Below, one piece after another: positions 1 to 10,032 of a DNA stretch of 64,000 nucleotides (within the stretch, counting starts at the first letter, position 1; every line of letters starts with the position of its first letter). Made by a program: the position numbers and the translations under genes. The notes under the pieces were generated by a model. It made no database searches. It was not told where the DNA came from and worked only from the letters and a program-made list of their open reading frames with translations. This DNA is from an uncultured Planctomycetia bacterium (GTDB lineage Bacteria; Omnitrophota; Gorgyraeia; 1-14-0-20-64-10): contig CAZQXN010000008.1 of assembly GCA_964597545.1 (NCBI GenBank), positions 733 through 64,732 of the forward strand, given 5' to 3'.

Positions 1-249
1 CAGGTGATCGGGATCAATAACCGGGATCTTGCGACTTTCAAGGTGGATCTGAATACCACGCAGCGGTTGGCCGGGCAGCTCTCAAAGGAGTGGACCCTGG
101 TGAGTGAAAGTGGCATTCGTTTGCCTGAGGATGTTGCTTTTGTGCGTGCCCAAGGGGTCCACGCTGTACTGGTGGGCGAGGCCCTCATGGCAAGCGAAGA
201 CGTGGCACAGCAGGTAAAAACACTGATGGGTGAGTCTCAATGTGGGTGA
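1..249 (+). CDS. trpC: indole-3-glycerol phosphate synthase, C-terminal fragment (5' end outside window)
   Basis: ORF runs in from the window edge; ...GIRLPEDVAFVRAQGVHAVLVGEALM resembles the TrpC C-terminus; followed by trpF-trpB-trpA. Confidence 0.75.
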   Translation, partial: QVIGINNRDLATFKVDLNTTQRLAGQLSKEWTLVSESGIRLPEDVAFVRAQGVHAVLVGEALMASEDVAQQVKTLMGESQCG

Positions 250-884
250 AGATCTGCGGCATCACCAACATGGACGATGCCTTAACCGCTGTTGAGGCCG
301 GGGCTGATGCGCTGGGTTTCATCCTGGTTCCTTCTTCACCGCGGGCGGTCAGCCGCAAGAGGGTTTCTGAGATTCTGGCGATCCTTCCCCCGACGATAAC
401 CACCGTGGGTGTGGTGGCCAATGAGGATCCGGACTTTTTGAAGGGGCTGCTGCGTGTTTGCCCCTTGAATGCTTTGCAGTTTCACGGTGAGGAGCCGCCG
501 GAAGAGGTGTTGATGCTCAAAGGGCGAGCCAAGCTCATCAAGGCCATTCGGATTCGAGATGAAGAGAGCCTCCTGCAGGTTCCCCGCTATGAGGGGGTGG
601 ATTTCATTCTGCTCGACACCTACCATCCCCATCTTCAAGGGGGGACCGGCACCGCCTTTGACTGGACCCTTGCCACCCGGGCCAAGCAATTTGAGATTCC
701 ACTGATCTTAGCCGGCGGCTTGGATCCTACGAACGTCCAGGAGGCCGTCCGCCAGGTCCATCCTTACGGTGTTGATGTGGTCAGTGGCGTAGAGCGGGCC
801 CCCGGCCGGAAAGACCCCGCACGGGTGTGGAGCTTTGTTTCCAGTGCCAAGGGGTCGAGCGGCCCCTCCCTTGAGGGGAAATAG
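240..884 (+). CDS. trpF: phosphoribosylanthranilate isomerase
   Basis: MWVKICGITNMDDALTAVEAGADALGFI N-terminus typical of TrpF; overlaps trpC stop; trp operon context. Confidence 0.85.
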   Translation: MWVKICGITNMDDALTAVEAGADALGFILVPSSPRAVSRKRVSEILAILPPTITTVGVVANEDPDFLKGLLRVCPLNALQFHGEEPPEEVLMLKGRAKLIKAIRIRDEESLLQVPRYEGVDFILLDTYHPHLQGGTGTAFDWTLATRAKQFEIPLILAGGLDPTNVQEAVRQVHPYGVDVVSGVERAPGRKDPARVWSFVSSAKGSSGPSLEGK

Positions 885-933
885 GCGGGTTTCTGCTGTT
901 GGCTGTGATAAACTGATTTTTCCTTAACCCCAT

Positions 934-2148
934 ATGTCAAAACGACCTGCTACCCATTCCCAAGGGCACTTGCCGGACCCCAAAGGACGTTTTGGTCCTT
1001 TTGGGGGGAGCTTTGTCCCAGAGACCTTGATGTCGGCCCTGGAGGAGCTCGAGGAGGCCTATCGAGTTTCTCGGCGGGATCACGCTTTTCAGCGGGAGCT
1101 TGCCCGGTATTTGGCCGACTATGCCGGACGCCCCACACCCCTCTATCATGCCCAGCGCTTAAGCCGCCATCTCGGGCGGGGAATCCAGGTCTATTTGAAG
1201 CGTGAGGATCTACTCCATACCGGCGCCCACAAGATCAACAACACCATCGGCCAGGGACTACTCACTCAGCGGATGAAGAAGCCCCGGGTGATTGCTGAGA
1301 CCGGTGCCGGCCAACATGGCGTGGCAACCGCAACCGCAGCTGCCCTCTTAGGGCTCGAGTGTGAGGTCTATATGGGGACAACCGATATCCAGAGACAACG
1401 GTTAAATGTCTTCCGGATGAAGGAGTTGGGAGCCAGGGTCACCCCGGTTCATTCCGGCACCCAAACCTTGAAGGATGCCTGCAATGAAGCGATCCGCGAC
1501 TGGGTGACCCATGTCAAGCATACCCATTACATCTTAGGTTCCGTGGTGGGTCCGCATCCTTTTCCAATGATGGTTCGAAATTTCCAGTCGGTCATCGGCA
1601 AGGAGGCCAGGGCGCAATTCCGGAGAGGCACCGGTCGGCTGCCCCATCTGATCTTGGCCTGCGTGGGCGGCGGCTCCAATGCCATAGGGATCTTTCATCC
1701 CTTTTACCGGGATCGCTCGGTTCGGTTCATCGGTGTGGAGGCAGCCGGCAGGGGGCTTTCCACCCATCAGCATGCCGCCACCCTGGTCAAGGGAACGCCA
1801 GGGATACTGCACGGCGCACGTTCCTTCCTGCTGCAGGATCAGGACGGTCAAATTGCTAACGCTCATTCCCTTGCGGCCGGTTTGGATTATCCCGGCGTGG
1901 GACCAGAGCATTCCGAATACAAGCGCAGCCGCAGGGCCGATTATGTGGCAGTGACCGATCGCGAGGCTTTGGCCGGATTTCGATTGCTGGCCAGGACTGA
2001 GGGGATTCTACCGGCGCTGGAGCCTTCTCATGCGATTGGATACTTAGCCAAGGCAGCCAAGCGCCTCCCTCGCGGGACCCGCGTTTTGATTTGTCTCTCC
2101 GGGCGGGGGGACAAGGATGCCGAGCTCGTTGCAGGGGAGAAGCTGTGA
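934..2148 (+). CDS. trpB: tryptophan synthase beta chain
   Basis: [25 protein letters not shown] (PLP lysine), GGGSNAIG motifs; 404 aa. Confidence 0.95.
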   Translation: MSKRPATHSQGHLPDPKGRFGPFGGSFVPETLMSALEELEEAYRVSRRDHAFQRELARYLADYAGRPTPLYHAQRLSRHLGRGIQVYLKREDLLHTGAHKINNTIGQGLLTQRMKKPRVIAETGAGQHGVATATAAALLGLECEVYMGTTDIQRQRLNVFRMKELGARVTPVHSGTQTLKDACNEAIRDWVTHVKHTHYILGSVVGPHPFPMMVRNFQSVIGKEARAQFRRGTGRLPHLILACVGGGSNAIGIFHPFYRDRSVRFIGVEAAGRGLSTHQHAATLVKGTPGILHGARSFLLQDQDGQIANAHSLAAGLDYPGVGPEHSEYKRSRRADYVAVTDREALAGFRLLARTEGILPALEPSHAIGYLAKAAKRLPRGTRVLICLSGRGDKDAELVAGEKL

Positions 2149-2936
2149 ATCGGATTGATGCGACCTTTGCAGCACTCAAGGCCAAGGGCGGCAAAGCACT
2201 CATTCCGTATCTCACGGTTGGTTTTCCGTCGATCGGTATCCTGCCGAACTTAGTTTGCGCGCTCGAGAGAGCCGGCGCGGATCTTGTGGAGCTTGGGGTC
2301 CCATTCTCTGATCCCTTGGCCGATGGCCCCACCATTCAAACAGCTTCGGCTGAAGCGCTGCGCCGCGGGGTGACGCTGCGCAAGGTGTTCCGTTCGGTGG
2401 CCGCCATACGGCGCAAGGGGGTCAAGCTCCCCTTGGTGCTGATGACCTATGTCAATCCCGTAGCCCGCTACGGTGTAGCAGCTTTCTGCAGAGCTGCCAA
2501 GCGTTCTGGCGCCGACGGGGTGATTATTCCGGATATGCCCCCCGAGGAGGCTAAGGAGCTTATCCGGGCGGGCCGAGCGAACCATTTTGCAGTGATCTGC
2601 TTGGCTGCTCCCACAAGTCCTCGCAAGAGACTCGAACGGATTGTTGGAGCCTCAACCGGATTTATCTATTATGTGAGCCTGACCGGTGTCACCGGGGCTC
2701 GCCAGCGCATCCCCTCTCAAATTTCCGGCCACGTGCGCACCATTCAGCGAATGACCCAGTTACCGGTTTGCGTGGGTTTCGGCATTTCCAAACCTGTTCA
2801 GGTGCGGCAGGTGGCTCGGGTGGCCGACGGCGTGATCGTAGGATCGGCCCTCATCAACATCCTGGCCAACGCCCGCCGGCCCATTCCAGAAGCTGCCCGT
2901 TTTATCCGAAAGTTGAGGTCTGCCTGTCATGGCTAA
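2146..2936 (+). CDS. trpA: tryptophan synthase alpha chain
   Basis: [29 protein letters not shown]...YVSLTGVTG; GTG start overlapping trpB stop (the ORF-track start at 2091 is probably an upstream extension). Confidence 0.85.
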
Positions 2937-4056
2937 GAGAAAACCAAAAGGGGTCAAGAAAAGAGGTCCGAAGAGGGGTCAGACCCCCCTGTGGGCGATC
3001 ATCATGGCTGGGGGAAGCGGCGAGCGGTTGTGGCCCCTCTCCCGTAAAGCCAGCCCCAAACAGACACTGCAGCTGGGCTACAAACGTTCCTTGCTTCAGG
3101 TGACGGCCGATCGACTCAAGGCAATTGTTCCGGCCAGCCGCACCGTTGTGGTGACCACCCAGAATCAAGCACCTTTGGTTCGCAAGCAGCTGCCGGGAAT
3201 CAGCCGAAAACATTTCCTGGTGGAGCCGGCTTCGCGCAATACTGCAGCGGCCATCGGGTTGGGTACCGTGACCATCCTTCGAGAGGATCCCGATGCCCTG
3301 ATCCTGGTGGTTCCGGCCGACCATGTCATCCAGCCGGCGGAGCAGTTCCACAAGACGGTCCGACGTGCGGCAGATCTGGCGGTGCGTCGACAAGGGTTGG
3401 TCTGCTTGGGGATCCGGCCGACCTATCCCGCAACCGGGTTCGGCTACATTGAGCCGGCGGGTCCGCTGGTCTTTCCAGGAGGTTATCGGGTCAAGCGTTT
3501 CTTGGAGAAGCCCAAGCTCAAGGTGGCAGAGGCACTCATCCAGCGCCCTGAAATTGTGTGGAACGGCGGTATCTTCTGCTGGCAGGGCTGGGTGATCATG
3601 GAGGCCATGCGCCGCTGGCTGCCCGGGCTTTACAAAGGATTGGATGCGATTCGCAAGGGGTTGGGCACGCCGGCGGGGAACCGCCGCCTGGGAGAGCTGT
3701 ATCGAAAGCTGCCCAGCGTCTCCATTGATGTCGGGGTCATGGAGCGGGACCGCAATGTTTGGGTGGTGCCCACGGATTTCTCATGGGATGACGTGGGTTC
3801 CTGGAACAGCTTAGGGTTCCTCCATGCCGCCGATTTAGAAGGGAATGTGGTCTTGGGTTCTCACGTGGGCTATGACACCGAAAGCTCCATCCTGGTGGGT
3901 CCCCCCCAGCACTTGCTGGCCACCGTCGGGGTTAAAGATCTCATTGTGGTGCACACCGCCGACGCCACCCTCATCTGCCAGAAGACTCAGGCCCAGGCCG
4001 TCAAGAAGATTGTTCAGCGGCTTGCCGCTTCATCCCGTTGGAAACATCTACTGTGA
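2929..4056 (+). CDS. mannose-1-phosphate guanylyltransferase-like nucleotidyltransferase
   Basis: IMAGGSGERLWPLSRK sugar-nucleotidyltransferase G-loop; ~375 aa; basic N-terminal extension. Confidence 0.75.
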   Translation: MAKRKPKGVKKRGPKRGQTPLWAIIMAGGSGERLWPLSRKASPKQTLQLGYKRSLLQVTADRLKAIVPASRTVVVTTQNQAPLVRKQLPGISRKHFLVEPASRNTAAAIGLGTVTILREDPDALILVVPADHVIQPAEQFHKTVRRAADLAVRRQGLVCLGIRPTYPATGFGYIEPAGPLVFPGGYRVKRFLEKPKLKVAEALIQRPEIVWNGGIFCWQGWVIMEAMRRWLPGLYKGLDAIRKGLGTPAGNRRLGELYRKLPSVSIDVGVMERDRNVWVVPTDFSWDDVGSWNSLGFLHAADLEGNVVLGSHVGYDTESSILVGPPQHLLATVGVKDLIVVHTADATLICQKTQAQAVKKIVQRLAASSRWKHLL

Positions 4057-4067
4057 TCCCTGCGCCC

Positions 4068-4133
4068 GTACCAAAGGGTCAGACCCTTTCGTACAACGCA
4101 GGTGGGTCTACCGCGTACGAAAAGGTCAGACCC
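4068..4133. repeat. two tandem copies of palindromic repeat family A (core GTACGAAAGGGTCWGACCCTTTCGTAC)
   Basis: gtaccaaagggtcagaccctttcgtac (4068-4094) and gtacgaaaaggtcagaccc (4115-4133); same palindrome recurs at 39.79 and 58.06 kb. Confidence 0.7.
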
Positions 4134-4139
4134 TGCAGT

Positions 4140-5429
4140 TTGCGCCTGCAGCGCCAAGCCTATCACCAGACCCGCTTGAAGAATGGCCTGAAGGTTGTCA
4201 CCGCGCCCCGAGGCTCAGCCGAATCGGTGGCGATTGGTATCTGGGTCAAGGTGGGGGGGCGGTACGAAAGCATCCGTTTAAACGGCGTCTCCCATTTCTT
4301 GGAACACCTGCTCTTCAAGGGCACTCAGAAGCGCTCCTCCCGGGCGATCAAGGTGGCCATTGAGGGGGCCGGCGGTACCCTCAATGCTTTTACCGACGAA
4401 GAGTTTACCTGTCTTTGGGCCAAGGTCCAGCCCAAAGAGATGGCGCTGGCCCTTGAGGTGCTAACCGACATGACCCACTCACCTGCCTTGGATCCCAAGG
4501 AGTTAGAGCGTGAGCGTCAGGTGATCCTCGAAGAGATCCGAATGTACAGAGATCTTCCGAGCCAGTTTGTCCATGATCTGCTCCATGAGCTTCTGTGGCC
4601 CAACCACCCATTGGGACGAGATGTCACAGGTTCTGTCCAATCGGTCAAGCGCATTCGCCGCTCGGATGTCTCCGGGTTCCAGCGCCGGTATTATACGCCG
4701 CGCAACATTGTGATCGCTGTGTGCGGCAGAGTCACGCATCGCGAGGTGGTAGAGGCGGCCAGTGCGCTCTGGGGCCGATTGGCGCCGGGGCGCGAGAGCA
4801 TCTGCCGACGGGCAGGAAACAGCCAACATCGACCGCGGCTAAAGGTTGAGTCCAAAGAAACCGAGCAGACGCACCTGTCTCTTGGTTTTCATGCTTTCCC
4901 AAGAAATCATCCCCATGTGCAGGCGCTGACCCTTCTCAATGTGATCTTAGGGGGCAATATGTCCTCACGCCTTTTCCAGGAGGTTCGTGAGGTTCGGGGT
5001 TTGGCCTATGAAATCGGTTCCTCCATTAAGCGCTACCGGGATACAGGGCTCTTCTCGGTCAGTGCCGGTGTGGAGCACCAGCATTTGATTCGCTGTGTTC
5101 AAGTGGTGCTCCAGGAGGTGTCTCGCCTTCGGCGTTCGGCGGTAGCCCCCAAGGAGTATGACCGGGCAGTGGAGTATCTCACCGGACAGATCCTCTTTGC
5201 CCTGGAGGATACCGTAGAGCACATGTGCTGGATGGGTGAGTGTGAGATGCTGCTGGGCGCCACACAGCCGGTGGAGTCGATCTTGACGCAGGTTCTCAAG
5301 GTCAAGCGTCCGGATTTGACCCACGTGGCCAAGCAGATCTTTCGACCTGAGCACTTGAGCCTCGCCGTGATTGGGCCGGTCAAGCCCAAGACGCAGTCCC
5401 GAATAACCCACTTGCTCAATGAGGGATAA
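4140..5429 (+). CDS. M16-family (pitrilysin/insulinase-like) zinc peptidase
   Basis: GVSHFLEHLLFKGT (HxxEH zinc motif) and M16 C-terminal domain; start placed at in-frame TTG 4140 downstream of the repeat copies (the ORF-track start 4038 would overlap the manC-like gene and contain the repeats). Confidence 0.7.
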   Translation: MRLQRQAYHQTRLKNGLKVVTAPRGSAESVAIGIWVKVGGRYESIRLNGVSHFLEHLLFKGTQKRSSRAIKVAIEGAGGTLNAFTDEEFTCLWAKVQPKEMALALEVLTDMTHSPALDPKELERERQVILEEIRMYRDLPSQFVHDLLHELLWPNHPLGRDVTGSVQSVKRIRRSDVSGFQRRYYTPRNIVIAVCGRVTHREVVEAASALWGRLAPGRESICRRAGNSQHRPRLKVESKETEQTHLSLGFHAFPRNHPHVQALTLLNVILGGNMSSRLFQEVREVRGLAYEIGSSIKRYRDTGLFSVSAGVEHQHLIRCVQVVLQEVSRLRRSAVAPKEYDRAVEYLTGQILFALEDTVEHMCWMGECEMLLGATQPVESILTQVLKVKRPDLTHVAKQIFRPEHLSLAVIGPVKPKTQSRITHLLNEG

Positions 5430-5431
5430 GC

Positions 5432-6082
5432 ATGTCTAATCCTAAGGTTCTCGTTGCCCCCTCCATTCTGGCGGCCGATTTTGGCAGGCTTGCTGAGGAG
5501 GCGCGCAAGGTAGAAGAAGCCGGCGCAGATTGGATCCACCTGGATGTCATGGATGGCCACTTCGTTGACAACCTCACCTTTGGTCCGCAGGTGGTTGCAG
5601 GCTTAAAACCGGTGACAAAGCTGCCCCTGGATGTGCACCTGATGATCGAGCGTCCTGAGAATTTCTTGGAGGCCTTTATCCGGGCCGGAGCGGATCTGGT
5701 GACGATCCATGCAGAGGCCACTGAGGATTTGCCGGGCACCATCCAGAAGATCCGAAAGCTCGGCGCCAAGGCTGGGATGGCCCTCTGCCCTGCCAACGGA
5801 CTTGAACCCCTTAAACCTGTTTTGGGCGATCTGGATTTGGTTCTGCTGATGACGGTCAACCCCGGTTTTGGCGGTCAGGCCTTCATGCCTGAGGTGTTGC
5901 CTAAGATCGAAGCTTTAAGGAAGATCTACGATCGCCACATCGAGGTAGATGGGGGCATCAACCAGCAGACCGCCGCTCAGACCCGGTCGGCTGGAGCCAA
6001 TGTGATGGTAGCCGGGACCTATCTTTTTGAGGCACCTGATGTTCGGGGTGCCATTGCCTCTTTAAGGGAGTCAAGCGCATGA
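5432..6082 (+). CDS. rpe: ribulose-phosphate 3-epimerase
   Basis: APSILAADFGRLAEE...HLDVMDGHFV...MTVNPGFGGQ motifs. Confidence 0.95.
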   Translation: MSNPKVLVAPSILAADFGRLAEEARKVEEAGADWIHLDVMDGHFVDNLTFGPQVVAGLKPVTKLPLDVHLMIERPENFLEAFIRAGADLVTIHAEATEDLPGTIQKIRKLGAKAGMALCPANGLEPLKPVLGDLDLVLLMTVNPGFGGQAFMPEVLPKIEALRKIYDRHIEVDGGINQQTAAQTRSAGANVMVAGTYLFEAPDVRGAIASLRESSA

Positions 6083-7518
6083 AATCTGTCATTAAATTTG
6101 GAACCGATGGCTGGCGCGCTTTGGTCGCCGAGGAGTTTACCCTCCCCAATGTGCGGGCGGTTGCTCAAGGGGTAGCCGAATATCTCAAGGCCCACCCGGC
6201 TCGAGGGCGAGCCAAGGCGGTACTGGTGGGTTTTGATACTCGGCCGCTGGGGGATCTCTTTGCCCAGGCCGTCGCAGAGGTCTTGGCCGGCAACGGCATC
6301 CGCGTATTCCTCACCGATACCCCCATGCCGACCCCTGCGATCAGCTCTGCCATTCGTCAGATGAAGCTTTCAGGCGGAATCGTTGTTACCGCCAGCCACA
6401 ATCCCTTTACCTACAACGGGCTCAAGTTCAAGCCCTTCTATGCCGGTCCGGCCGAAGCCACCATGACTCAGTGGATTGAGAAGCGGCTCTTCAGGCGGCC
6501 GGCCCGAATGCTCCCCTTGAAAGTGGGTTTGGCCAAGGGCATGATCAAGCCCATTGATCTGAAGCCCGATTACTTAAAGTTTTTGAGGGGTTATGTCCGG
6601 TGGAATCTGATCAAACAGGCTCGGTTCCGGGTCGCCTATGACTCCATGCATGGCGCAGGCCAACAACTGCTTGAGGAGGTCACCTCCGGCAGCAAGCTTA
6701 AGATTCTTGCTGTGCGCCATCCGGCAGATCGGGTGCCAAGCCAGTTCCGCCCGGAGCCACTCGGTCAACACCTGGATGTCCTCGCCCGCTTTGTTCGTCG
6801 CCAGCGGTGCCATCTGGGTATTGCCAACGATGGCGATGCCGATCGAGCAGGGCTCGTTACCTCTGAGGGCCGTTTTGTGAGCTCCCAGGAGACGATGTCG
6901 CTTCTGTTGTGGCACATCCTGGAGGATTGCGGCTGGCGGGGGCTGGTGGTGACCACCGTTGCCGGGTCCAACATCATGGATGCCATCTGCGAGCATTACG
7001 GTGTTCCCTTGAAGCGCACGCCTGTGGGTTTTAAGTACATCGCGCGCCTCATGCGTTCCAAGCCGGTTCTCTTCGGCGGAGAGGAGTCGGGCGGTTTTGG
7101 TTTTAAGGGTTGCGCACCAGAGCGGGATGGGCTCCTGGCGGGGCTTTTGACCCTTCAGATGATGGTGATGCGCAAGCAGAATCTCTCGAGGATCCTCAAG
7201 ACCATGCGCAGCCGCTTTGGCCAGTGGAGCTATTCTCGGGATGATCTGGTTTTGGCCAGACCCGTCTCACCCCGAGCCCTTTCCCAATGGTCCCGGAAGA
7301 TTCGTCCCGGGCAGAACTTGGGGGCTGGGTCCCCGGTGGCGAGGGTGGACACCCAAGACGGCGCCAAGATCATCCTGAGGGATCGAAGCTGGCTGCTGCT
7401 TCGCCCCTCCGGCACCGAGCCGCTCTTAAGACTCTACGCCGAGGCGACGAGCCCGGCTCAAGTAAAGGCGCTGCTCACTTCAGCCCAGCGTATGGGCAAA
7501 GAAATTCTTCGTTCGTAG
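6079..7518 (+). CDS. phosphomannomutase/phosphoglucomutase family protein
   Basis: FGTDGWRA N-terminus, TASHNP active-site serine loop, GGEESGG; 479 aa. Confidence 0.85.
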   Translation: MKSVIKFGTDGWRALVAEEFTLPNVRAVAQGVAEYLKAHPARGRAKAVLVGFDTRPLGDLFAQAVAEVLAGNGIRVFLTDTPMPTPAISSAIRQMKLSGGIVVTASHNPFTYNGLKFKPFYAGPAEATMTQWIEKRLFRRPARMLPLKVGLAKGMIKPIDLKPDYLKFLRGYVRWNLIKQARFRVAYDSMHGAGQQLLEEVTSGSKLKILAVRHPADRVPSQFRPEPLGQHLDVLARFVRRQRCHLGIANDGDADRAGLVTSEGRFVSSQETMSLLLWHILEDCGWRGLVVTTVAGSNIMDAICEHYGVPLKRTPVGFKYIARLMRSKPVLFGGEESGGFGFKGCAPERDGLLAGLLTLQMMVMRKQNLSRILKTMRSRFGQWSYSRDDLVLARPVSPRALSQWSRKIRPGQNLGAGSPVARVDTQDGAKIILRDRSWLLLRPSGTEPLLRLYAEATSPAQVKALLTSAQRMGKEILRS

Positions 7519-7521
7519 TTG

Positions 7522-9318
7522 ATGCCGAAAAGCTCCCTACAGATCCGGAACCTCTGCATCATTGCGCACATCGACCATGGTAAATCTACCTTGGCCGATC
7601 GGATGCTGCTGCGCACCGATACCATTACCCCTCGAGAATTCCGGGAGCAGCTGCTCGATGACATGGACTTGGAGCGCGAACGCGGTATTACGATCAAGGC
7701 CTCGGCTGTTCGCATGGATTACCAAGCCGCCTCCGGAAAGACCGTGCAGCTCAACCTCATCGATACCCCAGGGCACGTTGATTTCTCTTACGAAGTCGCC
7801 AAATCCCTGCGCGCTTGCGAAGGGGCGCTGTTGGTGGTGGACGCCTCGCAGGGGGTGGAGGCGCAAACCGTGGCCAATTTCTATCAAGCCAGAGACCTGG
7901 GGCTGGCGGTAATTCCGGTCATCAACAAGGTGGATTTAGGCACTGCACAAACCGATCGGGTACGGGAGGAGCTCAAATCCACCCTAGGGATCACCGCAGA
8001 GCCGGTCTTGGTCAGCGCCAAAGAGGGGATCGGAGTCGATACTCTCTTGGAGCGGATTGTCTCCGACATTCCTCCCCCCATGGGTTCTGCCAGCGATCCG
8101 ACTGAGGCCTTGGTTTTTGACTCTTCCTTCGATCCTTACCGAGGGGTGGTGGTGTACGTCAGGCTCTTCAACGGTTCCCTCGAGCCCGGAGAGAAGATCC
8201 TGCTCATGGGGGCCAAAGAGACCTACGAGCTCCAGGAAGTGGGGGTGATGACCCCGAAGGCCAAGCCCCAGGAGCGGCTGGCTTCCGGAGCGGTGGGTTA
8301 TCTGACCTGCAACATCAAAGACCCCCGACTGGTTCATGCCGGGGAGACCGTCACGATCGAGAAGCGTCCGGCACGCAAAGCCTTGCCCGGTTATCGTCCG
8401 GCCCGCTCCCTGGTTTTCTGCGGCATCTATCCGGTCAACCCGGCTGATTTCGATAACCTAAGGGACTGCATTCCGAAGATGCAGCTTTCCGACGCCTCCT
8501 TTGAGGTGCAGCCTGAGAGCTCCAGCTCTTTTGGCATGGGCTATCGGTGCGGTTTCTTAGGGTTACTGCACATGGAGATCATCCAGGAGCGTCTGGAGCG
8601 GGAGTTTGGTTTGAATTTGGTGGCGACCACCCCGAGCGTTGTCTATCAGGTCCTGTTGAGCAGCGGTGAGATCATCGAGGTGGACAATCCCACCCACATG
8701 CCCGATCCGGGTCGGATCGAGCATGTGGAGGAGCCCTTCATTCGGGCTTTCCTGATTCTTCCCAGCTCCAGGGTGGGGGCGGTCATGAAGCTGGCCACTG
8801 ACCGTCGCGGGGTTTACCGCTCCACCGAGTATCTGGGTACAGATCGGGTCATGCTAGTCTATGAGTTCCCTTTGGCTGAAATTCTGGTAGACTTTCATGA
8901 TCGCTTGAAATCCGTTACGCAGGGATACGGCTCGATGGATTATGAGCTCGTCGGCTACCGACCGGCAGAACTGGTCAAGCTGGAGGTGCTTTTAAACAAT
9001 GACCCTTGTGATCCGCTGGCCTCGATTGTCCCCAAAGAGAAGGCCTATGCCAAGGGGAGGGATTTGGTCGGCAAGCTCAAGGCGACCATCCCGCGCCAGC
9101 TCTACGAAGTGGCCATTCAGGCGGCGGTGGGTTCCCGGATCCTGGCTCGAGAGACCGTGCGCCCCGTAGGCAAGCATGTGACCGGCAAATGTTACGGGGG
9201 GGACATTACCCGTAAGCGCAAGCTTTGGGAGAAGCAGAAAGCAGGGAAGAAGCGGATGAAGAATTTTGGCAAGGTTGAGATTCCTCAAGAGGCCTTTATG
9301 GCGATCTTGAAGATATGA
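7522..9318 (+). CDS. lepA: elongation factor 4 (translational GTPase LepA)
   Basis: IRNLCIIAHIDHGKSTLADR G1 motif, DTPGHVDF, conserved LepA C-terminal domain; 599 aa. Confidence 0.95.
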   Translation: MPKSSLQIRNLCIIAHIDHGKSTLADRMLLRTDTITPREFREQLLDDMDLERERGITIKASAVRMDYQAASGKTVQLNLIDTPGHVDFSYEVAKSLRACEGALLVVDASQGVEAQTVANFYQARDLGLAVIPVINKVDLGTAQTDRVREELKSTLGITAEPVLVSAKEGIGVDTLLERIVSDIPPPMGSASDPTEALVFDSSFDPYRGVVVYVRLFNGSLEPGEKILLMGAKETYELQEVGVMTPKAKPQERLASGAVGYLTCNIKDPRLVHAGETVTIEKRPARKALPGYRPARSLVFCGIYPVNPADFDNLRDCIPKMQLSDASFEVQPESSSSFGMGYRCGFLGLLHMEIIQERLEREFGLNLVATTPSVVYQVLLSSGEIIEVDNPTHMPDPGRIEHVEEPFIRAFLILPSSRVGAVMKLATDRRGVYRSTEYLGTDRVMLVYEFPLAEILVDFHDRLKSVTQGYGSMDYELVGYRPAELVKLEVLLNNDPCDPLASIVPKEKAYAKGRDLVGKLKATIPRQLYEVAIQAAVGSRILARETVRPVGKHVTGKCYGGDITRKRKLWEKQKAGKKRMKNFGKVEIPQEAFMAILKI

Positions 9319-9917
9319 CAGGCGACGCCCCCAAAAAATCACTTCTGCGAGAGTATGCAGAGACATTTTTGAGCGCCATTCTCATGGCGCTGGTGGTCCA
9401 GATCTTCTTTGTTCAGGCCTTCAAGATTCCCACCGGTTCCATGCGCCCAACATTCCTGGAGGGGGACCGCATCTTGGTCAACAAGGTGCTCTATGGGATA
9501 AGGATTCCCTTTACTGCGTGGCGCCTGCCGAAGATTCGCGAGCCCGAGCGGGGCGACCTGGTGGTCTTTCGCTCGGTTGACAACAGCCGTCGAGCCTTTA
9601 TCAAGCGGTTGGTGGCGGTCGGAGGGGATGAGGTGGAGATCAGGAACTTCCGCCTCTGGATCAACGGCAAACCCTTGGACGAACCCCCCATCTTCCAGTC
9701 GCTCAACTATTACAACCGGGGGGCTTATGGCCGCCGGGGCAGACCCATGAAGGTTCCCAAGGACCATTACTTCTTCCTGGGAGACAATTCTGCCAGCTCT
9801 CGTGATTCTCGATACTGGGGATTCCTCCCCAAATCGCATCTGATCGGCCGGGCCTTTGTGGTGTATTGGCCCCTCCACCGCGTGCGCCTCCTGCGCAACG
9901 GACCCTCGAGGAAGTAA
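9315..9917 (+). CDS. lepB: signal peptidase I
   Basis: IPTGSMRPTF (catalytic Ser), KRLVAVGGD, GDNSASSRDSRYWG boxes. Confidence 0.9.
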   Translation: MTGDAPKKSLLREYAETFLSAILMALVVQIFFVQAFKIPTGSMRPTFLEGDRILVNKVLYGIRIPFTAWRLPKIREPERGDLVVFRSVDNSRRAFIKRLVAVGGDEVEIRNFRLWINGKPLDEPPIFQSLNYYNRGAYGRRGRPMKVPKDHYFFLGDNSASSRDSRYWGFLPKSHLIGRAFVVYWPLHRVRLLRNGPSRK

Positions 9918-10032
9918 GGGGCGATTCCTCCCCCGCCGTAAGCGGCGGGAGAAATGACGGCTGATTGGGTGAGTCGTCGCCGAAGCGTTGATTTGTAGCC
10001 TGCAGTGTGGTATCCCTAAAACATTAGGAGGG

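Noticed and set aside
3845-4363. 172-aa + strand ORF spanning the manC-like/peptidase junction
   Set aside because: It is in an alternative frame across two well-supported genes and is Pro/Trp/Arg-rich, a frame artefact.
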